From an uncultured Pelagibacteraceae bacterium (GTDB lineage: Bacteria; Pseudomonadota; Alphaproteobacteria; Pelagibacterales; Pelagibacteraceae), in NCBI GenBank assembly GCA_902514755.1, contig CABXRY010000002.1:8608-72607 (forward strand): a stretch of DNA of 64,000 nucleotides. The letters are read 5' to 3'. Of the stretch, positions 1 through 9,621 are shown piece by piece. The notes under the pieces were generated by a model. The model ran no database searches, had not been told where the DNA came from, and saw only the letters and a program-made list of their open reading frames with translations. How positions within the stretch are numbered: position 1 is the stretch's first letter; every line of letters starts with the position of its first letter. A program made the position numbers and the translations under genes.

Positions 1-1527
1 GGTTGATAATCTATGGCCCGCAACATTTATAATGTCATCAGTTCTAGACATAATCCAAATATAACCATCATCATCAATATGACCTGCATCATACGTTTGA
101 TAGTAACCGTCATAATTTGCCATATAATTTTCTTTGTATCTTTGATCTGCATTCCATAATGTTGGAAAAGTTCCTGGTGGTAATGGAAGTTTAACCACAA
201 TGTCACCCATTTCATTTGGTTCTGCTAAAGTTTGATCTGGTTTAATAATTTTTACATCATAACCTGGAACTGCTTTACAAGCTGAACCATATTTAGTTTT
301 CATCATTTCAATTCCGGTACAATTAGAACTTATTGCCCAACTTGTTTCGGTTTGCCACCAGTGATCAATTACTGGAACTTTCAATAAGTTCTCTGCCCAC
401 TTAATTGTATCTGGATCTGCTCTTTCACCTGCAAGAAATAAGCTTTCAAAATTACTAAGATCATATTTTGAGAAAAACTTACCTTCAGGATCTTCTTTCT
501 TAATTGCTCTAAATGCAGTAGGGGCTGTGAAAAGAGATTTTACCTTGTAATCAGATATGATTTTCCAAAAAGCTCCAGCATCAGGTGTACCAACTGGCTT
601 TCCTTCAAATAGAACAGTTGTACATCCTTTAAACAATGGAGCATAGACAATATACGAATGTCCAACAATCCATCCAATATCACTAGCTGACCACCAAATA
701 TCATCAGTATCAATATTGTAGATATTTTTCATAGTCCATTTTAATGCAACTATGTGACCCCCAATATCTCTTACAATACCCTTGGGTGTTCCAGTTGTTC
801 CTGAGGTATAAAGAATATATGCAAATTCATTTGAATTCATCTCAACACAGTCAGCATCTTTTGCATTCGACATTGCCTCTTCCCAACTGATTTCTAATGG
901 AGCATTTAATTTAACTTCATGACCCGATCTTTGAAATAAAATCATCTTCTCAATTTTATGATTAGCTAGTTTAACAGCTTCATCTACTAGAGGTTTATAT
1001 TCAACTGTTCTTCCAGGTTCAAATCCACATGATGCAGTGACTAATAATTTTGCTTTACTATCATCAATTCTGCTAGCAAGCTCATTTGATGCAAAACCAC
1101 CAAAGACAACAGAGTGAATTGCTCCAATTCTTGCACAAGCAAGCATAGCAATTACCGCCTCTGGTATCATTGGCATATAAATAATTACTCTATCACCTTT
1201 AATTACACCTTGGTCTTTCAGTGCTCCTGCAAATTTTGAAACTTTTGATCTTAGTTCTTCGTATGTGAATTGACTTTTGTTACCAGTTATCGGGCTATCG
1301 TATATTAAAGCAGTTTTTTTACCCCTGCCTTGATCAATATGAATGTCTAAAGCGTTATAACAAGTATTAGTTACACCATCTTCAAACCATTTATAGAAAG
1401 GAGGGTTAGATTTATTTAAAATTTTAGTAGGTTTTTTAAACCAAAAGATATCATTTGATGCTTCTTGCCAAAAATTTTCAGGATTTTTTATAGATTGCTT
1501 GTAAATTTCACTAAATTTTTTAGTCAT
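1..1527 (-). CDS. prpE: Propionyl-CoA synthetase / acyl-CoA synthetase (AMP-forming), 3' end outside the window
   Basis: Not in the ORF track; hand-translated from ATG at 1527 (MTKKFSEIYKQSIKNPENFWQEAS...). Contains YILYTSGTTGTPKG, SDIGWIVGHSYIVY, DHWWQTET and RTDDIINVAGHRLST, and is open to position 1. Confidence 0.85.
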   Translation of the reverse strand, partial: MTKKFSEIYKQSIKNPENFWQEASNDIFWFKKPTKILNKSNPPFYKWFEDGVTNTCYNALDIHIDQGRGKKTALIYDSPITGNKSQFTYEELRSKVSKFAGALKDQGVIKGDRVIIYMPMIPEAVIAMLACARIGAIHSVVFGGFASNELASRIDDSKAKLLVTASCGFEPGRTVEYKPLVDEAVKLANHKIEKMILFQRSGHEVKLNAPLEISWEEAMSNAKDADCVEMNSNEFAYILYTSGTTGTPKGIVRDIGGHIVALKWTMKNIYNIDTDDIWWSASDIGWIVGHSYIVYAPLFKGCTTVLFEGKPVGTPDAGAFWKIISDYKVKSLFTAPTAFRAIKKEDPEGKFFSKYDLSNFESLFLAGERADPDTIKWAENLLKVPVIDHWWQTETSWAISSNCTGIEMMKTKYGSACKAVPGYDVKIIKPDQTLAEPNEMGDIVVKLPLPPGTFPTLWNADQRYKENYMANYDGYYQTYDAGHIDDDGYIWIMSRTDDIINVAGHRLST

Positions 1528-1671
1528 AAATTTTGATTCGATTTCGTTAAATTTGTCAGTTTTTAAATTAAAAATTGCATTTAATTTTAAAAAATAAGTA
1601 AAATCAATGTTAATTAATGACAATTAAGTCTTCTATAATCTAAAATTATTTGTTATTTAACGCACTATCTT

Positions 1672-1707
1672 GGTTTAGGGAAACCTAAGCCTAGTTTATA
1701 TAAACTA
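1672..1707 (+). promoter_or_regulatory. GNRA-capped hairpin plus 16-bp perfect palindrome in the proteorhodopsin leader
   Basis: ggtttagg-GAAA-cctaagcc (1672-1691, one G-U pair) followed by tagtttatataaacta (1692-1707), upstream of the gagggag SD-like sequence. Confidence 0.45.
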
Positions 1708-1740
1708 AAAAATAAAAACTAACTAAAGAGGGAGTTTTTT

Positions 1741-2508
1741 ATGAAAAAACTTAAATTGTTTGCGCTTACAGCTGTTGCACTATTAGGTGTTACAGGTGTT
1801 GCAAACGCAGATGTCATGTTAGCACAAGATGATTTCGTTGGAATTTCATTTTGGGTTATCTCTATGGGAATGTTAGCAGCTACTGCTTTCTTCTTCATGG
1901 AAACTGGCAACGTAGCAGCGGGCTGGAGAACTTCAGTTATCGTTGCAGGTCTAGTAACTGGTATTGCATTCATACACTACATGTACATGAGAGAAGTATG
2001 GGTGACTACTGGGGACTCGCCAACAGTATACAGATATATTGACTGGTTAATTACTGTGCCTCTACAAATGGTTGAATTCTATTTAATTCTATCTGCTGTA
2101 GGTAAAGCAAATTCTGGAATGTTCTGGAGATTGTTAATTGGTTCAGTAGTAATGCTAGTAGGTGGATACTTAGGAGAAGCTGGATACATCAACGCTACAC
2201 TTGGTTTCATAATCGGTATGGCAGGTTGGGTATACATTCTTTATGAAGTATTCTCTGGTGAAGCAGGTAAAGCTGCAGCAAAAAGTGGAAACAAGGCTCT
2301 TGTAACTGCTTTTGGTGCAATGAGAATGATCGTTACAGTAGGTTGGGCAATTTACCCATTAGGTTATGTATTTGGTTACCTAACAGGTGGTGTGGATGCA
2401 GAATCACTGAACGTTGTTTACAACTTAGCTGACTTTGTTAACAAAATTGCATTTGGTCTAGTAATTTGGGCTGCTGCAACTAGTTCAAGCGGAAAAAGAG
2501 CTAAGTAG
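1741..2508 (+). CDS. Proteorhodopsin, DTE proton pump, blue-absorbing type (Gln at the tuning position)
   Basis: RYIDWLITVPLQMVEF (D97/T101/Q105/E108 equivalents), AFIHYMYM histidine, retinal lysine in DFVNKIAFG, N-terminal signal peptide. Confidence 0.97.
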   Translation: MKKLKLFALTAVALLGVTGVANADVMLAQDDFVGISFWVISMGMLAATAFFFMETGNVAAGWRTSVIVAGLVTGIAFIHYMYMREVWVTTGDSPTVYRYIDWLITVPLQMVEFYLILSAVGKANSGMFWRLLIGSVVMLVGGYLGEAGYINATLGFIIGMAGWVYILYEVFSGEAGKAAAKSGNKALVTAFGAMRMIVTVGWAIYPLGYVFGYLTGGVDAESLNVVYNLADFVNKIAFGLVIWAAATSSSGKRAK

Positions 2509-2533
2509 TTTTACTAAGTAAAATATTTAAATT

Positions 2534-2571
2534 AGGGCGAGTATGTTTATACGTACTTGCCCTTTTTTTTT
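2534..2571 (+). terminator. Rho-independent terminator after proteorhodopsin
   Basis: agggcgagtatg / cgtacttgccct stem followed by a T-run. Confidence 0.85.
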
Positions 2572-2590
2572 AAGAGCTTATATCTAATTC

Positions 2591-2911
2591 ATGACAAAAA
2601 TAAATTACATTACTCACGATAACCAAACTCATACAATTGATGTTCAAAATGGACTTACAGTTATGGAGGGCGCAGTTCAAAATGATATCCCTGGTATTGA
2701 CGCGGATTGTGGTGGAGGAATGGCATGTGCAACTTGTCATGTTTATATTAATGAGGAATGGTTAGATAAACTTCCAACCAAAGAAGATGGTGAAGAAGAT
2801 ATGCTTGATATGGCGTTTGAGCCCAAACAAAATAGTAGATTGAGTTGTCAATTAACTGTTTCAAATGAATTGGATGGATTAGTAGTTAATATTCCATCAA
2901 AACAAGTTTAA
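2591..2911 (+). CDS. fdx: 2Fe-2S ferredoxin (adrenodoxin/putidaredoxin type)
   Basis: [12 protein letters not shown]...SRLSCQ. Confidence 0.93.
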   Translation: MTKINYITHDNQTHTIDVQNGLTVMEGAVQNDIPGIDADCGGGMACATCHVYINEEWLDKLPTKEDGEEDMLDMAFEPKQNSRLSCQLTVSNELDGLVVNIPSKQV

Positions 2912-3928
2912 ATGATTAAAAAAGATGTATTAATAATTGGAGCAGGACCTACAGGAATATTTTGTGCGCACCAATTAGGAATAATTGGTTTAAGCTGTGA
3001 AATTGTTGATAACCTTGATAAAGCAGGTGGACAATGTATTGAACTTTATCCAGATAAACCAATTTATGATATACCAGCTGTTCCGGAATGCACAGGCGAA
3101 GAGTTAACAACTAATTTGTTGCAACAAATAAAACCTTTTAACATTAAATTTCATTTAAATGAAAGAGTTGAAGAGTTAAAAAAAGTTGAAGGTAGATGGC
3201 GTGTTAAAACAAGTGGAAAACAAGAATTTGATGTAGCAAGTATTGTAATTGCTGGTGGTGTTGGCTCATTTGAGCCTAGAAAATTTCCTTTAAAGGAATG
3301 TGAAAAATTTGAGGGATCTTCAGTATTTTACTCAATTAAAGACAAAACAGTTTTTAAAGATAAGACAATTTCAATATTTGGTGGAGGAGACTCAGCACTA
3401 GATTGGGCAATTGAACTTTCAAATATATCTAAAGTAAATTTGATCCATAGAAGAGATGGTTTTAGTGGAGCAGAGGCTAGTGTTCAAAAGGTGAAAGATT
3501 TAAATGATCATGGAAAAATTAATCTTTATACAAAGTACCAAATAGACTCTGTTTTAGGAAATGGCAAAATTGATAGCGTCAAAATTAAGCATGATGATGG
3601 AGAAACTAAAGAGTTTAAAACAGATTATGTTCTTGGTTTTTTTGGGTTAATTATGCAATTAGGTCCAATATTAGATTGGGGACTAAATATTAATAAAAAA
3701 ACCATTGAAGTGAATACGGAAAATTTTGAAACCAATATTGATGGAATTTTTGCAATCGGTGACATTTGCACTTATCCAGGTAAACTAAAATTAATTTTAT
3801 CAGGTTTTCATGAGGGAGCTTTGGCAGCTAGAGGCTGTTTTAAATATGCAAAACCGGATGAAAAGCTGAGATTCGAGTTCACAACAACATCAAAAGCTGC
3901 ACAAGAAAGACTTGGCGTTAAAAAGTGA
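2912..3928 (+). CDS. Thioredoxin-reductase-like ferredoxin-NADP+ reductase
   Basis: GAGPTG FAD motif, LYPDKPIYDIP, GGGDSALDW, GDICTYPGKLKLI; no CxxC; abuts the ferredoxin gene. Confidence 0.85.
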   Translation: MIKKDVLIIGAGPTGIFCAHQLGIIGLSCEIVDNLDKAGGQCIELYPDKPIYDIPAVPECTGEELTTNLLQQIKPFNIKFHLNERVEELKKVEGRWRVKTSGKQEFDVASIVIAGGVGSFEPRKFPLKECEKFEGSSVFYSIKDKTVFKDKTISIFGGGDSALDWAIELSNISKVNLIHRRDGFSGAEASVQKVKDLNDHGKINLYTKYQIDSVLGNGKIDSVKIKHDDGETKEFKTDYVLGFFGLIMQLGPILDWGLNINKKTIEVNTENFETNIDGIFAIGDICTYPGKLKLILSGFHEGALAARGCFKYAKPDEKLRFEFTTTSKAAQERLGVKK

Positions 3929-4551
3929 TAGAACTTTTTACCGCTGATACACCAAATGGTAAAAAAATATCTATTATGCTCGAAGAAATTGGGTACGAGT
4001 ATAAAGTAACTAAAATAGATTTAAGTACTAATGATCAATTTAATGAAGAATTTATAAAAATAAGTCCTTTTAGTAAAATCCCAGTAATTACGGACCTCGA
4101 TAATAACGAGAGTATTTTTGAGTCAGGGGCAATCCTTATGTATTTGGGAGAAAAAAGTGGAAAGTTTTATGATCAATCAGATAGATTAAAAATCAACCAA
4201 TGGTTAATGGCTCAAATGGGAACAATTGGACCAATGATTGGTCAACATCATCAATTTCATCATTACAACCCTGGTAAAAGTGAATTTGGAGAAGAAAGAT
4301 ATTTTAAAATTACTAATAGAATATATCAAGAATTAGATAATAGATTAAATGTTTCAGATTTTCTTGCAGGTGAAAAATATACTATAGCCGATATTGCAAC
4401 TTGGCCCTGGATTGCTAGACATGAGTGGCATGATATAGGTCTTAAAAATTTTAAAAATTTATCAAGATGGTATTCAGATATCTCTAAAAGAGAGGCAGTA
4501 ATAAAAGGATATCAATTTATGAATAAGAAAGATTTACCTCCTCAACCATAA
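3925..4551 (+). CDS. Glutathione S-transferase (YfcG/Nu-class-like)
   Basis: TPNGKKISIMLEE, KIPVI, FESGAILMYL, YTIADIATWPW; GTG start. Confidence 0.88.
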   Translation: MIELFTADTPNGKKISIMLEEIGYEYKVTKIDLSTNDQFNEEFIKISPFSKIPVITDLDNNESIFESGAILMYLGEKSGKFYDQSDRLKINQWLMAQMGTIGPMIGQHHQFHHYNPGKSEFGEERYFKITNRIYQELDNRLNVSDFLAGEKYTIADIATWPWIARHEWHDIGLKNFKNLSRWYSDISKREAVIKGYQFMNKKDLPPQP

Positions 4552-4552
4552 T

Positions 4553-4648
4553 TTAGTTCATCAATTTAAACAGAGAAGTTAAGATACCATTACCTGATAG
4601 TTCAATGGCTAAAACAATAATGATAATTAATATTAATTTACTATTCAT
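4553..4648 (-). CDS. Putative 31-aa hydrophobic small protein
   Basis: Hand-translated MNSKLILIIIIVLAIELSGNGILTSLFKLMN*. Its ATG overlaps the upstream stop (ATGA) and it ends 1 nt from the GST stop. Confidence 0.4.
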   Translation of the reverse strand: MNSKLILIIIIVLAIELSGNGILTSLFKLMN

Positions 4649-4761
4649 CGTGTAAACACATATAACAACAGAACTATCCAAATAATAGGATAGTAAATAT
4701 AAATATATTTTTTAGCAAAAAGAAACGAAATTGAATTTTGTTTTGATTTTTTTCTTTTCAT
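4645..4761 (-). CDS. Putative 38-aa single-pass membrane small protein
   Basis: Hand-translated MKRKKSKQNSISFLFAKKYIYIYYPIIWIVLLLYVFTR*; basic N-terminus plus hydrophobic segment; starts 6 nt after the PhyH stop. Confidence 0.45.
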   Translation of the reverse strand: MKRKKSKQNSISFLFAKKYIYIYYPIIWIVLLLYVFTR

Positions 4762-4767
4762 TTTTAA

Positions 4768-5595
4768 TTATAATTGACCTTTTTTAGGAGACCCTTTATA
4801 AAAAATTTCTTGAAGATTGTCATTTTCTTTTTTTTTTAATTCAAGATCTTTTTTATTCATTAACGACTTAGATCTTCTAATTTTTTCATGAAAATTGTAA
4901 TTATCTATACCTCTTGCTAATTGAACACTATTTTTACCTAAAATCTGTCTAACATTAGTTCCAATATAACTTTGAATTACAAAACCTATTCTTCGATCAT
5001 CACTTTTATTTAACTCTGAACCATGTACGGTAGTTGGATGGTGTAAAGACATTTGACCAGCAGTTAATATTAAAGGCGTCGTCTTTTCTTTTGGTATATT
5101 GTTAATAGTTTGACCTCTAGTTAGTAAATTTCCTTCATTAAACATCTGATCATGATCTTTCAAATTGTCTTTATGTGAACCTGGCCACATTCTCATACAA
5201 CCGTTATTTTCATTAGAGTCTGTTATTGCAACCCAGGCTGTAACCCAATTATATGGCTCAAGGCCTATATATTTTGCATCTTGATGGTAGCTTACAAAAC
5301 CTTTTTCATTTGGATTTTTAATAAAAAGAGTTGTTCCACATACAAGTATATTTTCACCAATTAAACTTTGAACAGCATCTAAAATTTTAGGATGATGTGT
5401 GACCTCATCTAATAGAGGTGAAATTAAATGAGCATTATATCTTCCTGACTTATTTAATTCACTAGGCATTTCTTTTTCTATCAATTCTATTTCATCTCGA
5501 ATTTCTTTTGCCTTTTCTTTTGAAAAAATATTTATTGGAGAAACAAATCCTTCATCCTCATATTGTTTAAGTTGATTTGAAGAAAGATAAGACAT
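4768..5595 (-). CDS. PhyH-family Fe(II)/2-oxoglutarate dioxygenase
   Basis: YHQD...TAWVAITDSNENNGCMRMWPGSH...HGSELNKSDDRRIG: HxD...H triad and 2OG-binding Arg. Confidence 0.88.
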   Translation of the reverse strand: MSYLSSNQLKQYEDEGFVSPINIFSKEKAKEIRDEIELIEKEMPSELNKSGRYNAHLISPLLDEVTHHPKILDAVQSLIGENILVCGTTLFIKNPNEKGFVSYHQDAKYIGLEPYNWVTAWVAITDSNENNGCMRMWPGSHKDNLKDHDQMFNEGNLLTRGQTINNIPKEKTTPLILTAGQMSLHHPTTVHGSELNKSDDRRIGFVIQSYIGTNVRQILGKNSVQLARGIDNYNFHEKIRRSKSLMNKKDLELKKKENDNLQEIFYKGSPKKGQL

Positions 5596-5614
5596 ATTAT
5601 TTTGAAAACTTTAT

Positions 5615-6400
5615 ATGAGTGCCAATATATCTTCAATAAATTACTGTCCAGTTAAATCTGTATCATTTCAAACAATTGAAAATTGTGAAATTAAAAAAGA
5701 TATTGGAATTGTTAATGATAGAATTTTTGCATTTGCAAAAGACCTAGATCAAGAACAGGCAAAATTATTTGAAATAAGCCCTGATGATAGAAAAGGCAAG
5801 TGGAATAAAGTTTTGACATTAAAAAACTCTCCAGTATTGAATAAATATAACTTTATATTCAAAAATGAAAAACTAACGTTAACTTTAACTGATAAAGAAA
5901 TTTTAACTATTGATATAAATCAATTAGAACAACGTGAAACACTTTCAAATAAAATTTCAGAATTAGAAGATTCTTTAAAACAACCTATAGTATTAATGAA
6001 AAATCAGAAATTTCCTTTTTTTGATACCTCAATTTCCAATAAAGTAAATTTTGTAAATTCAGTTTCACTTATAAACATTCAAAGCATCAATGATTTTCGA
6101 AAAAAAATTGATAGAAACGTCGAAAGCTCAATATTTAGAGGAAATATTTATATAGACGGAATTGAACCTTGGAAAGAACGTGAATGGATTGGTAAAATTA
6201 TTAAGATTAATAACGTTTCTTTTAAAGTAGAAAAAAATATTCCAAGATGTGTTGCAATTAATTTAAAACCACAAACAGATGATAATTCATTTAATTTACT
6301 TCAATCATTAAAAAAAACTTATAATCATTTTGAAATGGGAATTTATTTAACTGCCTTAGATGATGGTAAGATAAATATTGGAGATACAATAAATATTTAG
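5615..6400 (+). CDS. MOSC-domain (mARC/YcbX-like) molybdenum-cofactor protein
   Basis: INYCPVKS, DRIFAF, FRGNIYIDG..PWKE.EW, IPRCVAIN conserved Cys. Confidence 0.85.
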   Translation: MSANISSINYCPVKSVSFQTIENCEIKKDIGIVNDRIFAFAKDLDQEQAKLFEISPDDRKGKWNKVLTLKNSPVLNKYNFIFKNEKLTLTLTDKEILTIDINQLEQRETLSNKISELEDSLKQPIVLMKNQKFPFFDTSISNKVNFVNSVSLINIQSINDFRKKIDRNVESSIFRGNIYIDGIEPWKEREWIGKIIKINNVSFKVEKNIPRCVAINLKPQTDDNSFNLLQSLKKTYNHFEMGIYLTALDDGKINIGDTINI

Positions 6401-6502
6401 CCTTAGATTCAATTACAAGTTGATCTTAAAATTCAAGTTTATTTGCATCAAATTAGAAATCTTGTTAACCTTTGTTTATTATTAAACAATGGGAGAAAGA
6501 TA

Positions 6503-7348
6503 ATGAATAAATTAATTAAATCGATTTCAGTTTTTCTTGTTATTCTTTTTAGTATTTCATCTGTTAATGCTGCAACGTTAACCGATAGATTAAAAGATGG
6601 ACACAAGTTAAGACTAGGTTTTGGTACTGCAGTGCCATGGGCTTATGCTGGTGATAACGGTGAAGCTTTAGGTTTTGTTAACATGATTGCTTTAACAGTT
6701 CTTGAAGAAATGGGAATTACTGAGCATGAAACTAAAGTATTTGAATGGTCAGGATTAATTCCAGGAATTAATGCTAATAGATCAGACATGATTACTGGTG
6801 GTATGTACATTTTAAAAAGTAGATGTGCAAACATCAACTTTTCAGACCCAATTGGAGTTTTTGGAGATGCGATGTTAGTACCTAAAGGAAATCCAAAAAA
6901 TATTAACAATTATGCTGATGTAATTAGCACAGGTGCAAAACTTGTAACTGGTGCTGGTTTCAACACAGTAGAAGCTGCTAAGAAATTTGGTGTTCCAGAT
7001 AGTCAAATGTTATTAGTTGAAGGTGAAGTTGGAATTTTAGCTGCTATGAAAGCAGGTAGAGCAGATGTTGCTGTTCAAACTTTCTTTGGTGCTAAAGAGC
7101 ATGAAGAAAAAACAGGTGGTGCATTTGAAGTAACAGATCCAAAGTTAATGCCTATGGAAACTGTAAATGTAGTTGGTATTGGTTTTAGAAAAACTGATAC
7201 TGAGTTTAGAGATAACTTTAATGCTGCTTTAGCGAAAGTTATGGCAAATCCTGCTAAGATGTTAGAAAGAGCTGGTAAATATGGCTATGATAAAGCTCAA
7301 TTACCTCCTCCAGAAATGACTACTGAGTGGGCTTGTTCAACTAAATAA
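6503..7348 (+). CDS. ehuB: Ectoine/hydroxyectoine-type ABC transporter substrate-binding protein (EhuB-like)
   Basis: Family 3 SBP: EWSGLIPG, SRCANINFSDP, VPKGNPKNI, C-terminal Cys. Start moved to ATG 6503, which follows a gggaga SD and gives a signal peptide. Confidence 0.75.
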   Translation: MNKLIKSISVFLVILFSISSVNAATLTDRLKDGHKLRLGFGTAVPWAYAGDNGEALGFVNMIALTVLEEMGITEHETKVFEWSGLIPGINANRSDMITGGMYILKSRCANINFSDPIGVFGDAMLVPKGNPKNINNYADVISTGAKLVTGAGFNTVEAAKKFGVPDSQMLLVEGEVGILAAMKAGRADVAVQTFFGAKEHEEKTGGAFEVTDPKLMPMETVNVVGIGFRKTDTEFRDNFNAALAKVMANPAKMLERAGKYGYDKAQLPPPEMTTEWACSTK

Positions 7349-7367
7349 AAATATTAATTTTTGAATT

Positions 7368-7405
7368 AATCAGGCGACCAATTCGTTGTCGCCTGATTTT
7401 TTTTT
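7368..7405 (+). terminator. Terminator/attenuating hairpin between SBP and permease genes
   Basis: aatcaggcgac / gtcgcctgatt stem followed by a T-run. Confidence 0.8.
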
Positions 7406-7423
7406 AACCAAAAAGGTTTACGG

Positions 7424-8095
7424 GTGAGCTATTTTGCATTTTTGTCCGAGCATGGTCCAACTATGTTATTTGGAACGGTTACTACTATTAAGGTATTAGT
7501 CTGCTCAACTATTCTTTACGTAATCATTTCATTAATTTTTGGATTAATGCGTTTATCAAAAAATCCACTAATTCAAGGAACAGCAACAGTTTATATAGAA
7601 TTTTTTAGAGGTACATCTTTATTAGTCCAATTATTTTGGTTTTACTATGTATTACCATTTTTTGGCTTAACATTAGAAGCATTTACTGCAGGGGTGGTTG
7701 CTATAGGAATGAATTTTGGTGCTTACGGTGCAGAGATTGTTAGAGGTGGAATTCTAGCTGTACCAAAAGGACAATGGGAAGGTGCGTTTGCACTTAACTT
7801 TACGCCTGCAAAAAGAATGAGAAAAATAATTATACCTCAAATTTTTCCAATAATATTACCACCTGCTGCAAATTTGACTGTAGAACTCTTAAAAGCAACT
7901 GCACTTGTTGCATTAGTGACAGTAGTTGACTTAACATTTGAAGCAAAACAAATAAATTCTATTACTTGGCTTTCAGCTCAATGTTTTGGAACTGCACTTT
8001 TAATTTATTATATAATTTCAAGATTTTTTCTTGTCCCATTTTTACGTTGGTTGGAAGTTTTAGCAGCAAGAAAAGTAGGAAAGGATAAAATTTAA
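7424..8095 (+). CDS. ehuC: Polar amino acid/ectoine ABC permease (EhuC-like)
   Basis: FFRGTSLLVQLFW, GAYGAEIVRGGI.AVPKGQWEG; GTG start. Confidence 0.75.
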   Translation: MSYFAFLSEHGPTMLFGTVTTIKVLVCSTILYVIISLIFGLMRLSKNPLIQGTATVYIEFFRGTSLLVQLFWFYYVLPFFGLTLEAFTAGVVAIGMNFGAYGAEIVRGGILAVPKGQWEGAFALNFTPAKRMRKIIIPQIFPIILPPAANLTVELLKATALVALVTVVDLTFEAKQINSITWLSAQCFGTALLIYYIISRFFLVPFLRWLEVLAARKVGKDKI

Positions 8096-8096
8096 T

Positions 8097-8783
8097 ATGA
8101 ATGCCGAATGGAGATGGGATTTTGCAATAGAGATATTACCACAAATGTTATTGGCAACTTTAAACACAATTTTAGCTGCTGGAATTGGTTATGCTATTGC
8201 TGCAGTAGTTGGTTTATTATTTTTATTAGGTCAAAGAACCCCAATTAAGATAGTAAATATGATAAATAGAGAGATAGTCGAATTTATCAGATCAACACCT
8301 CTACTAATCCAATTATTCTTTGTTTATTTTGTACTTCCTCAATTTGGAATTACATTATCTGCCTGGGTTTGTGGAATGATAACAATTGGTCTTCATTTTG
8401 GAACTTATTTATCAGAAGTGTATAGAGGAGCTTTAGAAGGTGTACCTAAAACGCAGTGGGAAACTTGTAGAGCCTTAAATTTTTCAACATTTTATACATA
8501 TAGAAAAATTGTTTTGCCTCAAGCATTTCCAATAGCAATACCAGGTATGGGAAATTACTTAGTTGGTATATTTAAAGATACACCACTATTATCTACTATT
8601 GGTGTTGCAGAACTATTTCATGCAGCAACTGCTGTTGGTGGATATAATTATCGTTATTTAGAACCATATACTATAGTAGGAATAATATTTTTAACTTTAT
8701 CAATTCCTGCTGCAATGTGGATTAGAAAATTAGAAAAAAATGTTAACTTAGCTCAAGGAAAAATAAAAAAAGAACAACTTTAA
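8097..8783 (+). CDS. ehuD: Polar amino acid/ectoine ABC permease (EhuD-like)
   Basis: WRWDFAIEILP N-terminus, EFIRSTPLLIQL, YRYLEPYT. Confidence 0.75.
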   Translation: MNAEWRWDFAIEILPQMLLATLNTILAAGIGYAIAAVVGLLFLLGQRTPIKIVNMINREIVEFIRSTPLLIQLFFVYFVLPQFGITLSAWVCGMITIGLHFGTYLSEVYRGALEGVPKTQWETCRALNFSTFYTYRKIVLPQAFPIAIPGMGNYLVGIFKDTPLLSTIGVAELFHAATAVGGYNYRYLEPYTIVGIIFLTLSIPAAMWIRKLEKNVNLAQGKIKKEQL

Positions 8784-8784
8784 T

Positions 8785-9573
8785 ATGAAAAAAAACTCTT
8801 CAGATATCATAGTTAATTTTTCAGATGTAACAAAACAATATGGAGATTTGGTTGTTTTAGATAAATTAAATTTGGAAATAAAAAAAAATGAAATGGTCTC
8901 CATAATTGGACCCTCTGGATCAGGAAAAACAACTGTTCTAAGAGTATTGATGACTTTAGAAAAAATAAATCAAGGTGTAATTCATTTAGATGGAGAACCT
9001 TTAACACATATGGACTCTGATGGTAAATTAGTTGAGGCCAGTGAAAAATATCTTCGAGATAGAAGATCAAAAATTGGAATGGTATTTCAACAATTTAATC
9101 TATTTCCTCATATGACAGCTTTGCAAAACTGTATTGAAGCACCTATTGAAGTTTTGGGTATGAAAAAGGATGAAGCAGAACAAAGGGCTTTAGATTTATT
9201 AGAATTGGTCGGTTTATCTGATAAAAAAAATGAACACCCAAGTAGACTATCAGGTGGTCAGCAACAACGAGTTGCAATTGCTCGAGCATTAGCTATGAGA
9301 CCTAAAGTAATGTTGTTAGATGAAATAACATCAGCTTTAGATCCTGAAGTTGTAGGAGAAGTCCTAAATGTAATAAGATCTTTAAACAAAGAACACAATT
9401 TAACAATGATTATGGTTACTCATCAAATGGGTTTTGCACGAGAAATTTCAGACAGAGTATGTTTCTTTAATGAAGGTAAAATTTTTGAGCAAGGTCCACC
9501 AGAACAACTATTTGGTGATCCACAAAATGAGCGAACTAAGCAATTTTTACATGCTGTTTTAGATGCAAATTAA
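8785..9573 (+). CDS. ehuA: ABC transporter ATP-binding protein (EhuA-like)
   Basis: GPSGSGKT, LSGGQQQRVAIARAL, LLDEITSALDPE. Confidence 0.8.
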   Translation: MKKNSSDIIVNFSDVTKQYGDLVVLDKLNLEIKKNEMVSIIGPSGSGKTTVLRVLMTLEKINQGVIHLDGEPLTHMDSDGKLVEASEKYLRDRRSKIGMVFQQFNLFPHMTALQNCIEAPIEVLGMKKDEAEQRALDLLELVGLSDKKNEHPSRLSGGQQQRVAIARALAMRPKVMLLDEITSALDPEVVGEVLNVIRSLNKEHNLTMIMVTHQMGFAREISDRVCFFNEGKIFEQGPPEQLFGDPQNERTKQFLHAVLDAN

Positions 9574-9621
9574 TTTTCAAGTTTGATTGAAGCTCAATTC
9601 TAAGACTATTTTAAATTATTA

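Noticed and set aside
27-215. 62-aa minus-strand ORF
   Set aside because: Out-of-frame inside prpE, which the ORF track missed because it runs off the window.
1719-2042. Short ORFs overlapping proteorhodopsin, representative of the many antisense or alternate-frame ORFs in the track
   Set aside because: They lie within well-supported genes and show no motifs.
4768-5595. Ectoine hydroxylase EctD call for the PhyH gene
   Set aside because: It lacks the EctD signature sequence.
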